A stretch of DNA of 63,638 nt, counting the filler. It is 6 parts of 6 records of this genome, joined end to end, with 100 filler letters (N's around TTAATTAATTAA, not from the genome) between each part and the next. Parts side by side here need not be neighbours in the genome. Positions count along the whole stretch, not along the records: positions 1 to 8,366 come from DRR723986_4255; positions 8,467 to 16,552 come from DRR723986_4262; 4 more parts are not named here. The stretch is one strand, 5' to 3'. Position 1 is the first letter of the stretch, and the number at the start of each line of letters is the position of its first letter. Position numbers and translations under genes: made by a program. Positions 1 to 9,271 of the stretch are shown here, piece after piece. A model generated the notes under the pieces. The model had not been told where the DNA came from. It saw nothing but the letters and a program-made list of their open reading frames with translations, and made no database searches.

Positions 1-411
1 TGCCCCTGGGCCGAGGGCACGCTGGGCGCGGCGCTGCTGGCGCCGACGCGGCTCTATGTCAAGCAGGCGCTGGCGGCGATCGGGGTCGGCGGCGTGCACG
101 GGCTGGCGCATATCACCGGCGGCGGCCTGACCGAGAACCTGCCGCGCGTGCTGCCCGAGGGGCTGGGCGCGCAGATCGACCTGAACGCATGGGACATGCC
201 TGCGGTCTTCGGCTGGCTGCGCGAGACCGGCGGCATGGATCAGGCCGAGATGCTCAAGACCTTCAACTGCGGCATCGGCATGATCCTCGTCGTGCATCCG
301 GACAAGGCGCCTTCGATCATGAGCCACCTTCTGGGCATGGGCGAAGAGGCGATCCTGATCGGCGAAGTGGTCGAGGGGCAGGGCGTGGCCTACGAGGGCG
401 CGCTGTCTTGA
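1..411 (+). CDS. purM: Phosphoribosylformylglycinamidine cyclo-ligase (AIR synthase), 5'-truncated
   Basis: LAHITGGGLTENLPRVLP and KTFNCGIGM motifs; frame open from base 1; precedes purN. Confidence 0.95.
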   Translation, partial: CPWAEGTLGAALLAPTRLYVKQALAAIGVGGVHGLAHITGGGLTENLPRVLPEGLGAQIDLNAWDMPAVFGWLRETGGMDQAEMLKTFNCGIGMILVVHPDKAPSIMSHLLGMGEEAILIGEVVEGQGVAYEGALS

Positions 412-995
412 AGCGAGTCGCGATCTTCGTCTCGGGGGGCGGGTCCAACATGGTCTCGCTGGTCGACGACATGACCGGCGACCACCCGGCGCGGCCCTGC
501 CTCGTGCTGTCGAACAATGCCGAGGCCGGCGGGCTGGCCAAGGCCGCCGCGCGCGGCATCCCGACGGCGGTGGTGGACCACCGGCCCTTCAAGGGCGACC
601 GCGAGGCCTTTCAGGCGGCGCTGGGGGCCGAGCTGGAGAAGGCGCAGCCCGACATCCTCTGTCTGGCGGGGTTCATGCGCGTGCTGACCGCCTCTTTCGT
701 GACGCCGTGGCGCGGGCGGATGCTGAACATCCACCCCTCGCTGCTGCCCAAGTACCGGGGCCTGCACACCCATGCCCGCGCGCTGGAAGCGGGCGACGCC
801 GAGCATGGCTGCACCGTGCACGAGGTCACCCCGGAATTGGACGAGGGGCCGATCCTCGGGCAGGCGCGCGTGCCGGTCCGGGCCGGAGACACGCCCGAAG
901 ACCTTGCAGCCCGCGTTCTGGTGATGGAACATCGTCTTTATCCCGCCGTACTGCGCCGGTTCGCGGCGGGCGACCGGACCCCGGTGATGCTCTGA
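408..995 (+). CDS. purN: Phosphoribosylglycinamide formyltransferase
   Basis: TTG start overlapping the purM stop; SGGGSN, LAGFMR, NIHPSLLPKYRG and DEGPI motifs. Confidence 0.95.
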   Translation: MKRVAIFVSGGGSNMVSLVDDMTGDHPARPCLVLSNNAEAGGLAKAAARGIPTAVVDHRPFKGDREAFQAALGAELEKAQPDILCLAGFMRVLTASFVTPWRGRMLNIHPSLLPKYRGLHTHARALEAGDAEHGCTVHEVTPELDEGPILGQARVPVRAGDTPEDLAARVLVMEHRLYPAVLRRFAAGDRTPVML

Positions 996-1095
996 CCCCG
1001 GGGCATCGTTTGCTTTTGCCCTTCGCTGCTGTATGGTCGGCGGACGGGCGCGTGTGACTTTTACGAGCAACGATAAGACAGAAAAGACTGCACTG

Positions 1096-2256
1096 ATGCG
1101 GACATTGACGACCACCGAAGACCTCGCCGCGTTTTGCGAGGAGGCCAAGGGCCAGCCTTACATCACCGTCGACACGGAATTCCTCCGGGAACGGACCTAT
1201 TATTCCAAGCTCTGCCTCGTACAGCTTGCCCTGCCGGGCAAGGACGACAGCAATGCCGTGCTGGTCGATCCGCTGGTCGAGGGGCTGTCGCTGGAACCGC
1301 TGATGGACCTCTTCCGGGACGAGAGCATCGTGAAGGTCTTTCACGCCGCCCGTCAGGATCTGGAGATCTTCCACATCGACCACGGCGTGATCCCCAAGCC
1401 GTTGTTCGACACGCAGGTGGCAGCCATGGTCTGCGGCTTCGGCGAGCAGGTCGGCTACGAGACGCTGGTGCGCAAGATCGCCAAGCAGCAGCTGGACAAG
1501 TCCTCGCGTTTCACCGACTGGTCGCGGCGCCCGCTGACAGAGGCGCAGGCGACCTATGCGCTGGCCGACGTGACCCATCTGCGCGACATCTACGAATATC
1601 TCGCCGCACAGCTGGAGAAAACCGGGCGCGATCGTTGGGTCGCCGAGGAACTGGCGGTTCTGACCGATCCCGAGACCTATGTGACCCGGCCCGAGGACGC
1701 GTGGAAGCGGATCAAGACACGCTCGAACTCGCCGCGCTTCCTTGCCATCGTGCAGGAGCTTGCGGCCTTCCGCGAGATCCACGCGCAGACACGCAACGTG
1801 CCGCGCAACCGGGTCTACAAGGACGACGCGCTGGTCGAGCTGGCCTCGACCAAGCCCGCAGACATGAATGACCTCGGGCGCTCGCGGCTGCTGCTGCGCG
1901 AGGCCCGCAAGGGCGAGATCGCCGAGGGCATCCTCGCCGCCGTGAAGGCCGGGCAGGAGCGTCCGAAGGAGAGCCTGCCGCAGATCGACAAGAGCCGCGA
2001 CAAGCTGCAGGTGAACCCGGCGCTGTCGGATCTCTTGCGGGTGCTTCTGAAGGCCAAGACCGAAAGCTCGGGCGTGGCGTCGAAGCTGATCGCGCCCGCC
2101 GCCGATCTCGACGCCATCGCAGCCGGAGAGCGCGACGTGCCGGCGCTGAAGGGCTGGCGGCACGAGGTGTTCGGCGCGGATGCCCTGCGGCTGTGCGAGG
2201 GGCGGATCGCGCTTTCGGCCAAGGGCGCTGACGTGCTGGTGGTCGATCTGGACTGA
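1096..2256 (+). CDS. rnd: Ribonuclease D
   Basis: DTEFLRERTYY, KVFHAARQDLE and FTDWSRRPL exonuclease motifs plus HRDC region; purM-purN-rnd synteny. Confidence 0.95.
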   Translation: MRTLTTTEDLAAFCEEAKGQPYITVDTEFLRERTYYSKLCLVQLALPGKDDSNAVLVDPLVEGLSLEPLMDLFRDESIVKVFHAARQDLEIFHIDHGVIPKPLFDTQVAAMVCGFGEQVGYETLVRKIAKQQLDKSSRFTDWSRRPLTEAQATYALADVTHLRDIYEYLAAQLEKTGRDRWVAEELAVLTDPETYVTRPEDAWKRIKTRSNSPRFLAIVQELAAFREIHAQTRNVPRNRVYKDDALVELASTKPADMNDLGRSRLLLREARKGEIAEGILAAVKAGQERPKESLPQIDKSRDKLQVNPALSDLLRVLLKAKTESSGVASKLIAPAADLDAIAAGERDVPALKGWRHEVFGADALRLCEGRIALSAKGADVLVVDLD

Positions 2257-2343
2257 GACAGCCGCCCCGGTTCGCCTGTCGGGCGGGCGGGGGCATCGCG
2301 TCCTTGCACGCGGCCTCACAAGGGGCCGGGGGTGGCGTGGTCG

Positions 2344-2435
2344 GGTGGTGCCTGCGGCGGTCCGTGTGGCGATCCGGTGGTGCCCGAGACGGTCCGGTGG
2401 TCTTTACGGCGGTTCGGTTGTGCTTGTGGCGGTTC
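2344..2435. repeat. Degenerate 20-bp tandem repeat (4 units plus a partial unit)
   Basis: GGTGGTGCCTGCGGCGGTCC (2344), GGTGGTGCCCGAGACGGTCC (2376), GGTGGTCTTTACGGCGGTTC (2396), GGTTGTGCTTGTGGCGGTTC (2416). Confidence 0.6.
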
Positions 2436-2458
2436 GCGGCGGAGGGGGCCTCCGCCGC
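2436..2458. terminator. GC-rich hairpin between convergent rnd and lipoprotein genes
   Basis: GCGGCGGAGG-GGG-CCTCCGCCGC perfect 10-bp stem; no U-tract. Confidence 0.4.
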
Positions 2459-2464
2459 CTGCGC

Positions 2465-2974
2465 TCAGCGCCGGACGGAGCGGACGTTGCGCGCGCCCTT
2501 GACGTTGATGACCGCGACCTCGGAAAGGTCCGCATCGCTCAGCCAAAGGGCGGTGGTCAGGGTCCGCGACCATTCGCTGCCGCGCGGGGCCAGCACCTGC
2601 ACGGCGCGCAATTCGTAGGTCAGCACGCCATTGCCGGTCTCTGCGGCCACGGGCACCAGTTCGACCTCGAAGGGGCCCTGACGATCCGAGATGCCGGTCA
2701 CGCGGATCACCGCGCCGCCGGGGCGGCGTTCGACCAGCAGTTCCGAGACCTCGCCGATCAGGGTGCCGGCATAGGGAATATCCTCGTCGCGGCGGGTCAG
2801 GAGGTTGACGGCGCGGCGTTGCGGGATCAGCGGATTCGCCGCCTCCGAGGCGGAGACGGGGCGCGACTCGCTGCGGCCGAACCAGTTGAAGGGATTGACG
2901 CGGGAGTCCCGCACGGCGCCGCAGCTGGTCAGGACGAGTGCCGACAGCACGAGGACGGAAATCGGTCTGAACAT
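2465..2974 (-). CDS. Conserved hypothetical lipoprotein
   Basis: Signal peptide with lipobox LTSC; SRVNPFNWFGRS motif after the Cys; biased codon usage. Confidence 0.8.
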   Translation of the reverse strand: MFRPISVLVLSALVLTSCGAVRDSRVNPFNWFGRSESRPVSASEAANPLIPQRRAVNLLTRRDEDIPYAGTLIGEVSELLVERRPGGAVIRVTGISDRQGPFEVELVPVAAETGNGVLTYELRAVQVLAPRGSEWSRTLTTALWLSDADLSEVAVINVKGARNVRSVRR

Positions 2975-3274
2975 GGCGCGCTGCCCCTTCTTGCCTTCTG
3001 CGAAAAGGCCTAGCGCAATTCCCGGGCCTTGAAAAGCGTCCGGCAGCGGCGGCGGGGGAAAAGCCCCCGCGGGGCGCGCGCGCGGGAGGACGCCGGATGA
3101 TGGGCCGCGCAGGGGGTGCGGGCCCGTGGGGGCATTGGCGGGGGCTGTTCCGCGCGGTCCTGGCCCGGTGGCGGGTCCGGCCGTTCACTCTCCTACCTCA
3201 GAGGCACGGCTTTCGCACGGGGCGGGGAACTGCCCCGGCGGTGTGGGCTGCCCCGCGCCCGCCGCGACGCGCGG

Positions 3275-3913
3275 TTACAGGTTGGCGCCGGTGCCTTGCA
3301 GCACGCCGTGTTCCATCGCGTAGCGGGTCAGCCCGGCGGTGGAGGAGATGCCCAGCTTGCGCTTGATGTTCTTGCGGTGCGTCTCGACCGTGCGGACCGA
3401 GATGTCCAGCGTCAGGGCCACTTCCTTGTTGGAGCGCCCCTGCGCCAGTTGCAGCAGGACCATCTGCTCGCGGTTGGTCAGCTGCTCGCGCGATTGCACG
3501 GCGGGGGCCAGCGCGCCCTCGGCGCCGGTGCAGAGGTAGCGTTCGCCGCGCATCACCGCGTCGATGGCGCATTTGATCTCTTCGGTGGGCACGTCCTTGA
3601 GCACATAGCCGCGCGCGCCGTGGCTGAGCGCGGTCTGGACGTATTCCGGCGCGTCGTGCATCGACAGGATCAGGATGCGAGTGTCGGGGGCGCGTTCGAG
3701 GATCATCTCGGTCGCCGACAGCCCGCCGAGGCCGGGCATGTTGAGGTCCATCAGGATCACGTCCGGCGCCAGTTCCGCCAGCCGGTCGATCATCATCTGC
3801 CCGTCCGACAGGGTCGCGGCGACCGTGATGTCGTCGTAGCTTTCGAGGATGGCCTCTATGCCTTCGGCGACCATGGGGTGATCGTCCACGACGACGACGC
3901 GGGTGGGTGTCAT
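3275..3913 (-). CDS. NarL/LuxR-family response regulator
   Basis: VVDDHPMV, DVILMDLNMP and GYVLKD receiver motifs; LTNREQ...SNKEVA...TVETHRKNI HTH; ATG at 3913 overlaps the kinase stop. Confidence 0.92.
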   Translation of the reverse strand: MTPTRVVVVDDHPMVAEGIEAILESYDDITVAATLSDGQMMIDRLAELAPDVILMDLNMPGLGGLSATEMILERAPDTRILILSMHDAPEYVQTALSHGARGYVLKDVPTEEIKCAIDAVMRGERYLCTGAEGALAPAVQSREQLTNREQMVLLQLAQGRSNKEVALTLDISVRTVETHRKNIKRKLGISSTAGLTRYAMEHGVLQGTGANL

Positions 3914-5325
3914 GCCTGAGCCTTCGGTTGCTTGCGGGGCGGGGCGTCCTGCGGTGGCAGCAGGTGGGTCAGCGGAACTTGCGCCTCGATAACGGTGCCG
4001 GTGCGCGACGACAAGACCCGCAAGGTGCCGCCCAGCTGGTCCATGCGCTCCTGCATGTTGCGCAGGCCGATGCCGTTGGAGGGCCGCCGCTCTCCGATCC
4101 CCGCGCCGTTGTCCGAGATGCGCAGGGTGGCCCCCGCGCGGTGGCCGCGCAGGTCGAGGTCGACGCGGGTGGCGCCCGAGTGGCGTTCGACGTTGGTCAG
4201 CGCCTCCTGCGCGATGCGGTAGAGCGCGATCTTGGCGTCCTGATCCAGCCGGTTGCGGAAGACCACCGTATCGAAGCGCACCTCTATGCCGGTGCGGGCG
4301 CGGAAATCGTCGGTGAGCGACTTGATCGCGGGACCGAGGCCGAGGTCGTCGAGCACGCCGGGGCGCAGGTCGCGGCTGATCCGGCGCACCTCCTGAATGG
4401 CCTGCCCGAGGTTCTCGGCCCCCTTGGCCAAGGTTTCTTCGGCCCGGGCATCGCCCTGAGAGACGCGGCGGCGGGCGATCTCGAGCGCGTATTTCACCCC
4501 GACGAGGATCTGGCTGATGCCGTCGTGAAGTTCGCGCGCGACGCGGCCGCGCTCTTCTTCCTGCGCGTCGAAGACCCGCTGCGTGAGTTCCTTCAGCTTG
4601 GCATCCGCCAGCCGGCGCTCGCGGATGTTGATGACGAGGCCCGAGACGAAGACCAGCAGCAGCGCGCCCAGCGTGATCGCCCCGATCTGCCAGAAGGTGC
4701 GGTCGACGCGGGTCGTCACCTCGGCGCGGGAGGCGGCGACGGTTTCCAGCACGTCGTCTATGAAGACCCCCGTGCCCACGGCCCAGCGCCATGAGGGGAA
4801 GGAGGTGACATAGGTGATCATCCGCGCCTCTTCGCCGGTCGAGGGCTTGGGCCAGAGGTGCTCGACATAGCCCGCGCCCATGCGGCCGGTCTGGATGAAC
4901 TCCTGCACGACCTTGGTGCCCTCGCTGTCGATCAGCTCCCAGAGGTTCTGGTTGATGAGATCGGTCTGGCGGGGCGAGACGAGGTTGGTGCCGTCGTAGT
5001 CGTAGACGAAGAAGAAGCCCTCTTCGCCGTAGATCATCGCGGCGAGGATCTGCATGACCTGCCGCTTGGCGTCCTCGTCGTCGGGGGCGGCGGAGCCGTA
5101 GACGAAGTAGAAGCCGTTGCGGGCCTGTTCCATGTAGTTGCGCAGCTCGCGCTTCTTGGCCTCGATCAACTCGCGTTCGAGGGCGCGGATCTCGCGTTCG
5201 GCAGAGCCCCGCGATTCCACCGCCACCAACAGGGAGATCGCCGCCGCCGCGAGGATCAGCGGCACGGCGGCCAGCAGGAAGAGCTTTTGCCCGTAGGACA
5301 GGCGCGGGCGGTGGAAGAGGCGCAT
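3910..5325 (-). CDS. Cache-domain sensor histidine kinase (HisKA_3 type, MctS-like)
   Basis: Two TM segments flanking a single Cache domain (GFFFVYDYDG, HLWPKP, WAVGTGVF); EERGRVARELHDGISQ H-box; QEALTNVERHS, DNGAG and GIGLRNM. Confidence 0.92.
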   Translation of the reverse strand: MRLFHRPRLSYGQKLFLLAAVPLILAAAAISLLVAVESRGSAEREIRALERELIEAKKRELRNYMEQARNGFYFVYGSAAPDDEDAKRQVMQILAAMIYGEEGFFFVYDYDGTNLVSPRQTDLINQNLWELIDSEGTKVVQEFIQTGRMGAGYVEHLWPKPSTGEEARMITYVTSFPSWRWAVGTGVFIDDVLETVAASRAEVTTRVDRTFWQIGAITLGALLLVFVSGLVINIRERRLADAKLKELTQRVFDAQEEERGRVARELHDGISQILVGVKYALEIARRRVSQGDARAEETLAKGAENLGQAIQEVRRISRDLRPGVLDDLGLGPAIKSLTDDFRARTGIEVRFDTVVFRNRLDQDAKIALYRIAQEALTNVERHSGATRVDLDLRGHRAGATLRISDNGAGIGERRPSNGIGLRNMQERMDQLGGTLRVLSSRTGTVIEAQVPLTHLLPPQDAPPRKQPKAQA

Positions 5326-5374
5326 GGGGCGCAGGAAAGCACGCCGGGCGGGGGAGGGGAAGGGTGTGCGTGGT

Positions 5375-5527
5375 GTCGCCCGCCCTGCGGCGGGCGACCG
5401 GCCGGGGAGGCTTTGCCTCCCCAGACCCCTCTTCCCGGGGAGGCTGTGCCTCCCCGAACCCCTCCGCCCAGGGAGGCTTTGCCTCCCCGGACCCCTCCAA
5501 GGTATTTGGGGACCAAAGAAGCAGGGG
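5375..5527. repeat. Intergenic palindromic (REP-like) array: one hairpin plus three 33-bp hairpin units
   Basis: GTCGCCCGCC-CTGC-GGCGGGCGAC, then GGGGAGGC-T(T/G)T-GCCTCCCC..ACCCCTC units at 5404, 5437 and 5470, ending GGTATTTGGGGACCAAAGAAG. Confidence 0.85.
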
Positions 5528-5828
5528 ACGGGCCTGCCGGGGGCGGGGTCTGCGGGTAGTCTGGTCGCGGGGGGGCTTGTGGCGCGCGTCTTTCCCGGTT
5601 GGTGGTGTTCGGTTGCGGGGTGGCAGGGTTGCGACGGCGGGAGACCGTGTGTGGTATCCGTTTTGCGCGCCGGAATGGCCGGGAGCGGGCGGCTTCGTGG
5701 GGCAAATCGGCGGTGCTCCGTATCTGTGGGTATTTCTTTGCGCGGAAACCCGCCCTAATCTGCCGCCACTTCACGAAGGCGCGACCCGGGGGAGCGGCGC
5801 GTCAGACAACCGATCTGGGAGGATCACA

Positions 5829-6917
5829 ATGGATCGTCGTTCATTTCTTCGGGCATCGACCGTCGGTGCCGGGGCAGCCGCCGCGTCCGGCCTGGCCGCA
5901 CCGGCCTACGCGCAGGGCACCCGCACGCTGACCATGGTCACCTCGGTGCCGCATGGTTTCGCGGTCTTCGATGACGCCGCCGTCTATTTCAACGATGCCG
6001 TCAACGCGATGACCGACGGCCAGATCACCATCGACAAGAAGGCCGCGGGCGAACTGGTCGGCGGATTCGAGGTCTTCGACGCCGTGTCCTCGGGGCAGGC
6101 CGACATGTACCATTCGGCCGATTACTACTTCGGCAACCAGCATCCGGGCTACTACTACTTCACCGCCGTGCCCTTCGGCGCGACGGCGGACGAGCTGTCG
6201 ACCTGGATGTACCACGGCGGCGGTCAGGAGCTGTATGACGGTCTGGGCCAGATCTTCGGCCTGAAGTCCTTCCACGCCGGGTCCACCGGGATGCAGCCGG
6301 GCGGCTGGTTCCGCAAGGAGATCAAGTCCGCGGACGACCTCAAGGGCCTGAAGTTCCGCATGCCCGGCATCGGCGGCAAGGCGCTGGGTCTGACCGGCGC
6401 ATCCGTGCAGGCGATCCCCGGCGGCGAGATCTACCAGGCGCTGTCCTCGGGTGCCATCGACGGCGCCGAGTGGATCGGCCCCTTCGCGGACGAGCGCCTC
6501 GGCTTCCAGGAAGTCTGCGACTACTACTACACCTCGGGCTTCCACGAGCCGGGTTCGGCGCTGTCGGTGGCCTTCAACCTCGACATCTGGGAAAGCCTGA
6601 CGCCCGCACAGCAGGCGATCATGGAGCAGGCGGCCAAGGCGGCCACCACCCACTCGCTGACGCAGGGCATCGCCAACAACGCCGCCGCGCTGCGTCGCAT
6701 CCAGTCGCAGGGCATCAAGCTGATGGAATTCGACGACACGGTCTGGGATGCCTTCGGCACCGCCTCGCTGACCGCGATGGACGAGTTCATGGGCGACGAG
6801 ATGTATGCCGAGATCCGCACCAGCTTCGAGGAAAGCATGAAGGCCTCCTCGGACTGGCTGCAGCGCGCGGACCGCTCTTACGTGCAGCAGCGTGACCGCG
6901 TCCTGAACCGCGGCTGA
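5829..6917 (+). CDS. dctP: TRAP transporter substrate-binding protein (DctP/TakP-like, Tat-exported)
   Basis: GGAGG RBS; twin-arginine DRRSFL; GGWFRKEI, GLKFRMPG and GAIDGAEWIGP motifs. Confidence 0.92.
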   Translation: MDRRSFLRASTVGAGAAAASGLAAPAYAQGTRTLTMVTSVPHGFAVFDDAAVYFNDAVNAMTDGQITIDKKAAGELVGGFEVFDAVSSGQADMYHSADYYFGNQHPGYYYFTAVPFGATADELSTWMYHGGGQELYDGLGQIFGLKSFHAGSTGMQPGGWFRKEIKSADDLKGLKFRMPGIGGKALGLTGASVQAIPGGEIYQALSSGAIDGAEWIGPFADERLGFQEVCDYYYTSGFHEPGSALSVAFNLDIWESLTPAQQAIMEQAAKAATTHSLTQGIANNAAALRRIQSQGIKLMEFDDTVWDAFGTASLTAMDEFMGDEMYAEIRTSFEESMKASSDWLQRADRSYVQQRDRVLNRG

Positions 6918-7013
6918 TCCGCCCGTCATTCCGACATCGAAGAAGGGGGCCTCGCATCCGCGTGGCCCCCGTTCGGCACCGTCCGCAGGGGCGGGCCCAA
7001 ACCTGGGGGCAGC

Positions 7014-7952
7014 ATGGACACTACCGAAGCGGCCGGCTTTGGCGACATCATCGGGGCCTTGGGGCAGGGGATCGTCTGGGTCCTTCAGAACCTCGCCCTG
7101 TCCTTCTACAATTTCGGATACGCGGTCACCCATCCCGCCAGCTGGCTGGACTGGAGCGACAAGGCCGCGATCATGCGGGTCGTCTACTACGGCGCCTCGG
7201 TCGAGTTCTTCTTCGTCTGCGTCATGGTCTTCCTCGTGATCTTCGCGATCGGCCTGTGGAAGCGGCGCTTCCTCTGGGGCACGGTCGTGGTTCTGGAGGG
7301 CTTCGCCAACACCATCGGGCGGCTCTTTGCCTGGGCGGGCCTTTTGATGGTGCTGCAGCAGGTCATCATCGTCTTCCTGCAACGGATTTTCGCCCGGCCC
7401 GACATCGTGCTGGGCTTCGGCATCCCGATCCAGTTCGACATCTCGTGGTGGTCCGAAGAGCTGAAGCTCTACAACGCCATGGTCGTCTGCCTGTGCCTGA
7501 CCTACACCTTCGTGCAGCGCGGCCATGTGCGCGTCGACCTCGTCTATGCCGCCGTGTCCTACCGGACCAAGCGCATCATCGACATGTTCGGCTCGCTCTT
7601 CTTCATGATCCCCATGGCGGTCGTGATCTGGATGTATTCGTGGTACTTCATGTGGCGCTCGCTGATCGTGCCGCCGGTGGCCCCCACGGACGCGCTCGAC
7701 CGGCTGGAGATGAAGGCCCGCGCGCTGCGCTGGAACGTCGAGACCGTCGGCTTCTCGGCCAATGGCTTCACCGGCTATTTCCTGTTCAAGATGCTCATGG
7801 TCATCATGGTCGGCCTGATCTTCGTGCAGGCCTGGGCCTTCTTCTACCGCTCGTATCTCGAGTTCGTCGAAGGCCCCGAGGCAGAGGGCAAGCTGCTGGA
7901 CCTGGATCAGGTCGAAACGGGCGAAGAGCCCTACGACCACGCAGAATTCTGA
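7014..7952 (+). CDS. dctQ: TRAP transporter small permease (extended DctQ)
   Basis: Multiple TM helices; GHVRVDLVY motif; lies between dctP and dctM. Confidence 0.88.
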   Translation: MDTTEAAGFGDIIGALGQGIVWVLQNLALSFYNFGYAVTHPASWLDWSDKAAIMRVVYYGASVEFFFVCVMVFLVIFAIGLWKRRFLWGTVVVLEGFANTIGRLFAWAGLLMVLQQVIIVFLQRIFARPDIVLGFGIPIQFDISWWSEELKLYNAMVVCLCLTYTFVQRGHVRVDLVYAAVSYRTKRIIDMFGSLFFMIPMAVVIWMYSWYFMWRSLIVPPVAPTDALDRLEMKARALRWNVETVGFSANGFTGYFLFKMLMVIMVGLIFVQAWAFFYRSYLEFVEGPEAEGKLLDLDQVETGEEPYDHAEF

Positions 7953-7964
7953 GGGTAGATCACC

Positions 7965-8366
7965 ATGCTATTCGGACTAGACGGCGTCGAGATCGGCCTG
8001 ATCATCGTCTTTCTCACGCTCTTCGCCTCGATCCTGTCGGGCTTTCCGGTGGCCTTCGCCATCGGTGGCGCCGGGGTCATCTCCTTCGGGATCATCGCCG
8101 CGCTCGACAGCGCGGGCTACCTGATCCATCAGGCCATCGACACCAGTTCCGATGCCTATGCCGCCCTGCGCGCCTCCGGCGTGCCGGACAGCGCCATTTC
8201 CGTCTTCCGCTACCCGGATCTGCCGCGCATGGCGACGGAGTCGATCTTTCCGGCGGGCGACTGGGAAACCGCGCTGAGCCGCAACGTCGGCTTCATCACC
8301 AACCGCATCAACGAGCGTGTCATCGCGGGCCAGTCCATCGAGACGCTGCTGGCGGTGCTGATGTTC
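7965..8366 (+). CDS. dctM: TRAP transporter large permease, 3'-truncated
   Basis: GFPVAFAIGG and ETLLAVLMF motifs; runs into the spacer. Confidence 0.88.
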
Positions 8367-8466
8367 NNNNNNNNNNNNNNNNNNNNNNNNNNNNNNNNNN
8401 NNNNNNNNNNTTAATTAATTAANNNNNNNNNNNNNNNNNNNNNNNNNNNNNNNNNNNNNNNNNNNN
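8367..8466. other. Artificial contig-joining spacer
   Basis: N44-TTAATTAATTAA-N44 (stops in all six frames). Confidence 0.99.
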
Positions 8467-9238
8467 TCTCGACATGCTCATGGTCTGTCACCACCTGCAC
8501 AAGGACATTCCGGAGGACGTTGCTTTTGCCGAAAGCCGCATCCGCAAGGAAACCATTGCGGCGGAAGACATTCTTCATGACATGGGTGCGTTCTCGATCA
8601 TCTCTTCCGACAGCCAGGCCATGGGCCGCGTCGGCGAAATCATCATCCGCACCATGCAGACCGCGCACAAGATGAAGGTGCAACGCGGCCGCCTTTCGGA
8701 TGAAACCGGCGAGAACGACAATTTCCGGGTCAAGCGCTACATGGCCAAGACCACCATCAACCCGGCCATCGCTCATGGCCTGGACGAGTACATCGGCTCG
8801 GTTGAAGTCGGCAAGCTGGCCGACCTTGTGCTCTGGGACCCGAAATTTTTCGGTATCAAGCCGGCGCTGGTGCTGAAGCTCGGCTCCATCGCGACCGCTC
8901 CGATGGGCGATCCGAACGGGTCCATCCCGACACCGCAGCCGGTGCATTACCGGCCGATGTTCGCCTCCTACGGCAAGATGCTGACGCACAGCCGTGTCAC
9001 CTTCGTGTCCCAGGCGGCCTATGACACCGGCGTCAAGCACAAGGCAGGTCTCGACAGCCTGGTGCTTCCGGTCAAGAACACCCGTGGTGGAATCTCCAAA
9101 AAGTCGATGATTCACAACAACATGATGCCAAAGATCGAAGTGCACCCGGAAACCTACGAGGTGCGCGCCGACGGCGAACTGCTGACCTGCGAACCCGCCG
9201 AAGTGTTGCCGATGGCCCAGCGCTACTTCCTGTTCTAA
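8467..9238 (+). CDS. ureC: Urease alpha subunit, 5'-truncated
   Basis: MLMVCHHL flap, [20 protein letters not shown] and [11 protein letters not shown]-terminus. Confidence 0.97.
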
Positions 9239-9271
9239 GCTCCGCAAGAACGCGTTCGGGAGAGGAAAGGC

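Noticed and set aside
2316..3188. 290-aa minus-strand ORF with AGGAG just upstream of a GTG
   Set aside because: Arg/Pro-rich composition typical of non-coding frames; overlaps the lipoprotein gene out of frame; RBS spacing too short.
3914..5500. 741-aa ORF suggesting a giant response-regulator fusion
   Set aside because: The N-terminal 529 codons are an off-frame read-through of the kinase gene in GC-rich DNA; the real start is ATG 3913.
5404..5502. 33-bp periodic palindromic repeats as a mini-CRISPR array
   Set aside because: The variable parts are only a few bases, far too short for spacers; there are only three units and no cas genes.
8411..8422. TTAATTAATTAA repeated five times as a biological repeat or CtrA site
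   Set aside because: Always embedded in N-runs of identical length; a synthetic six-frame stop linker.
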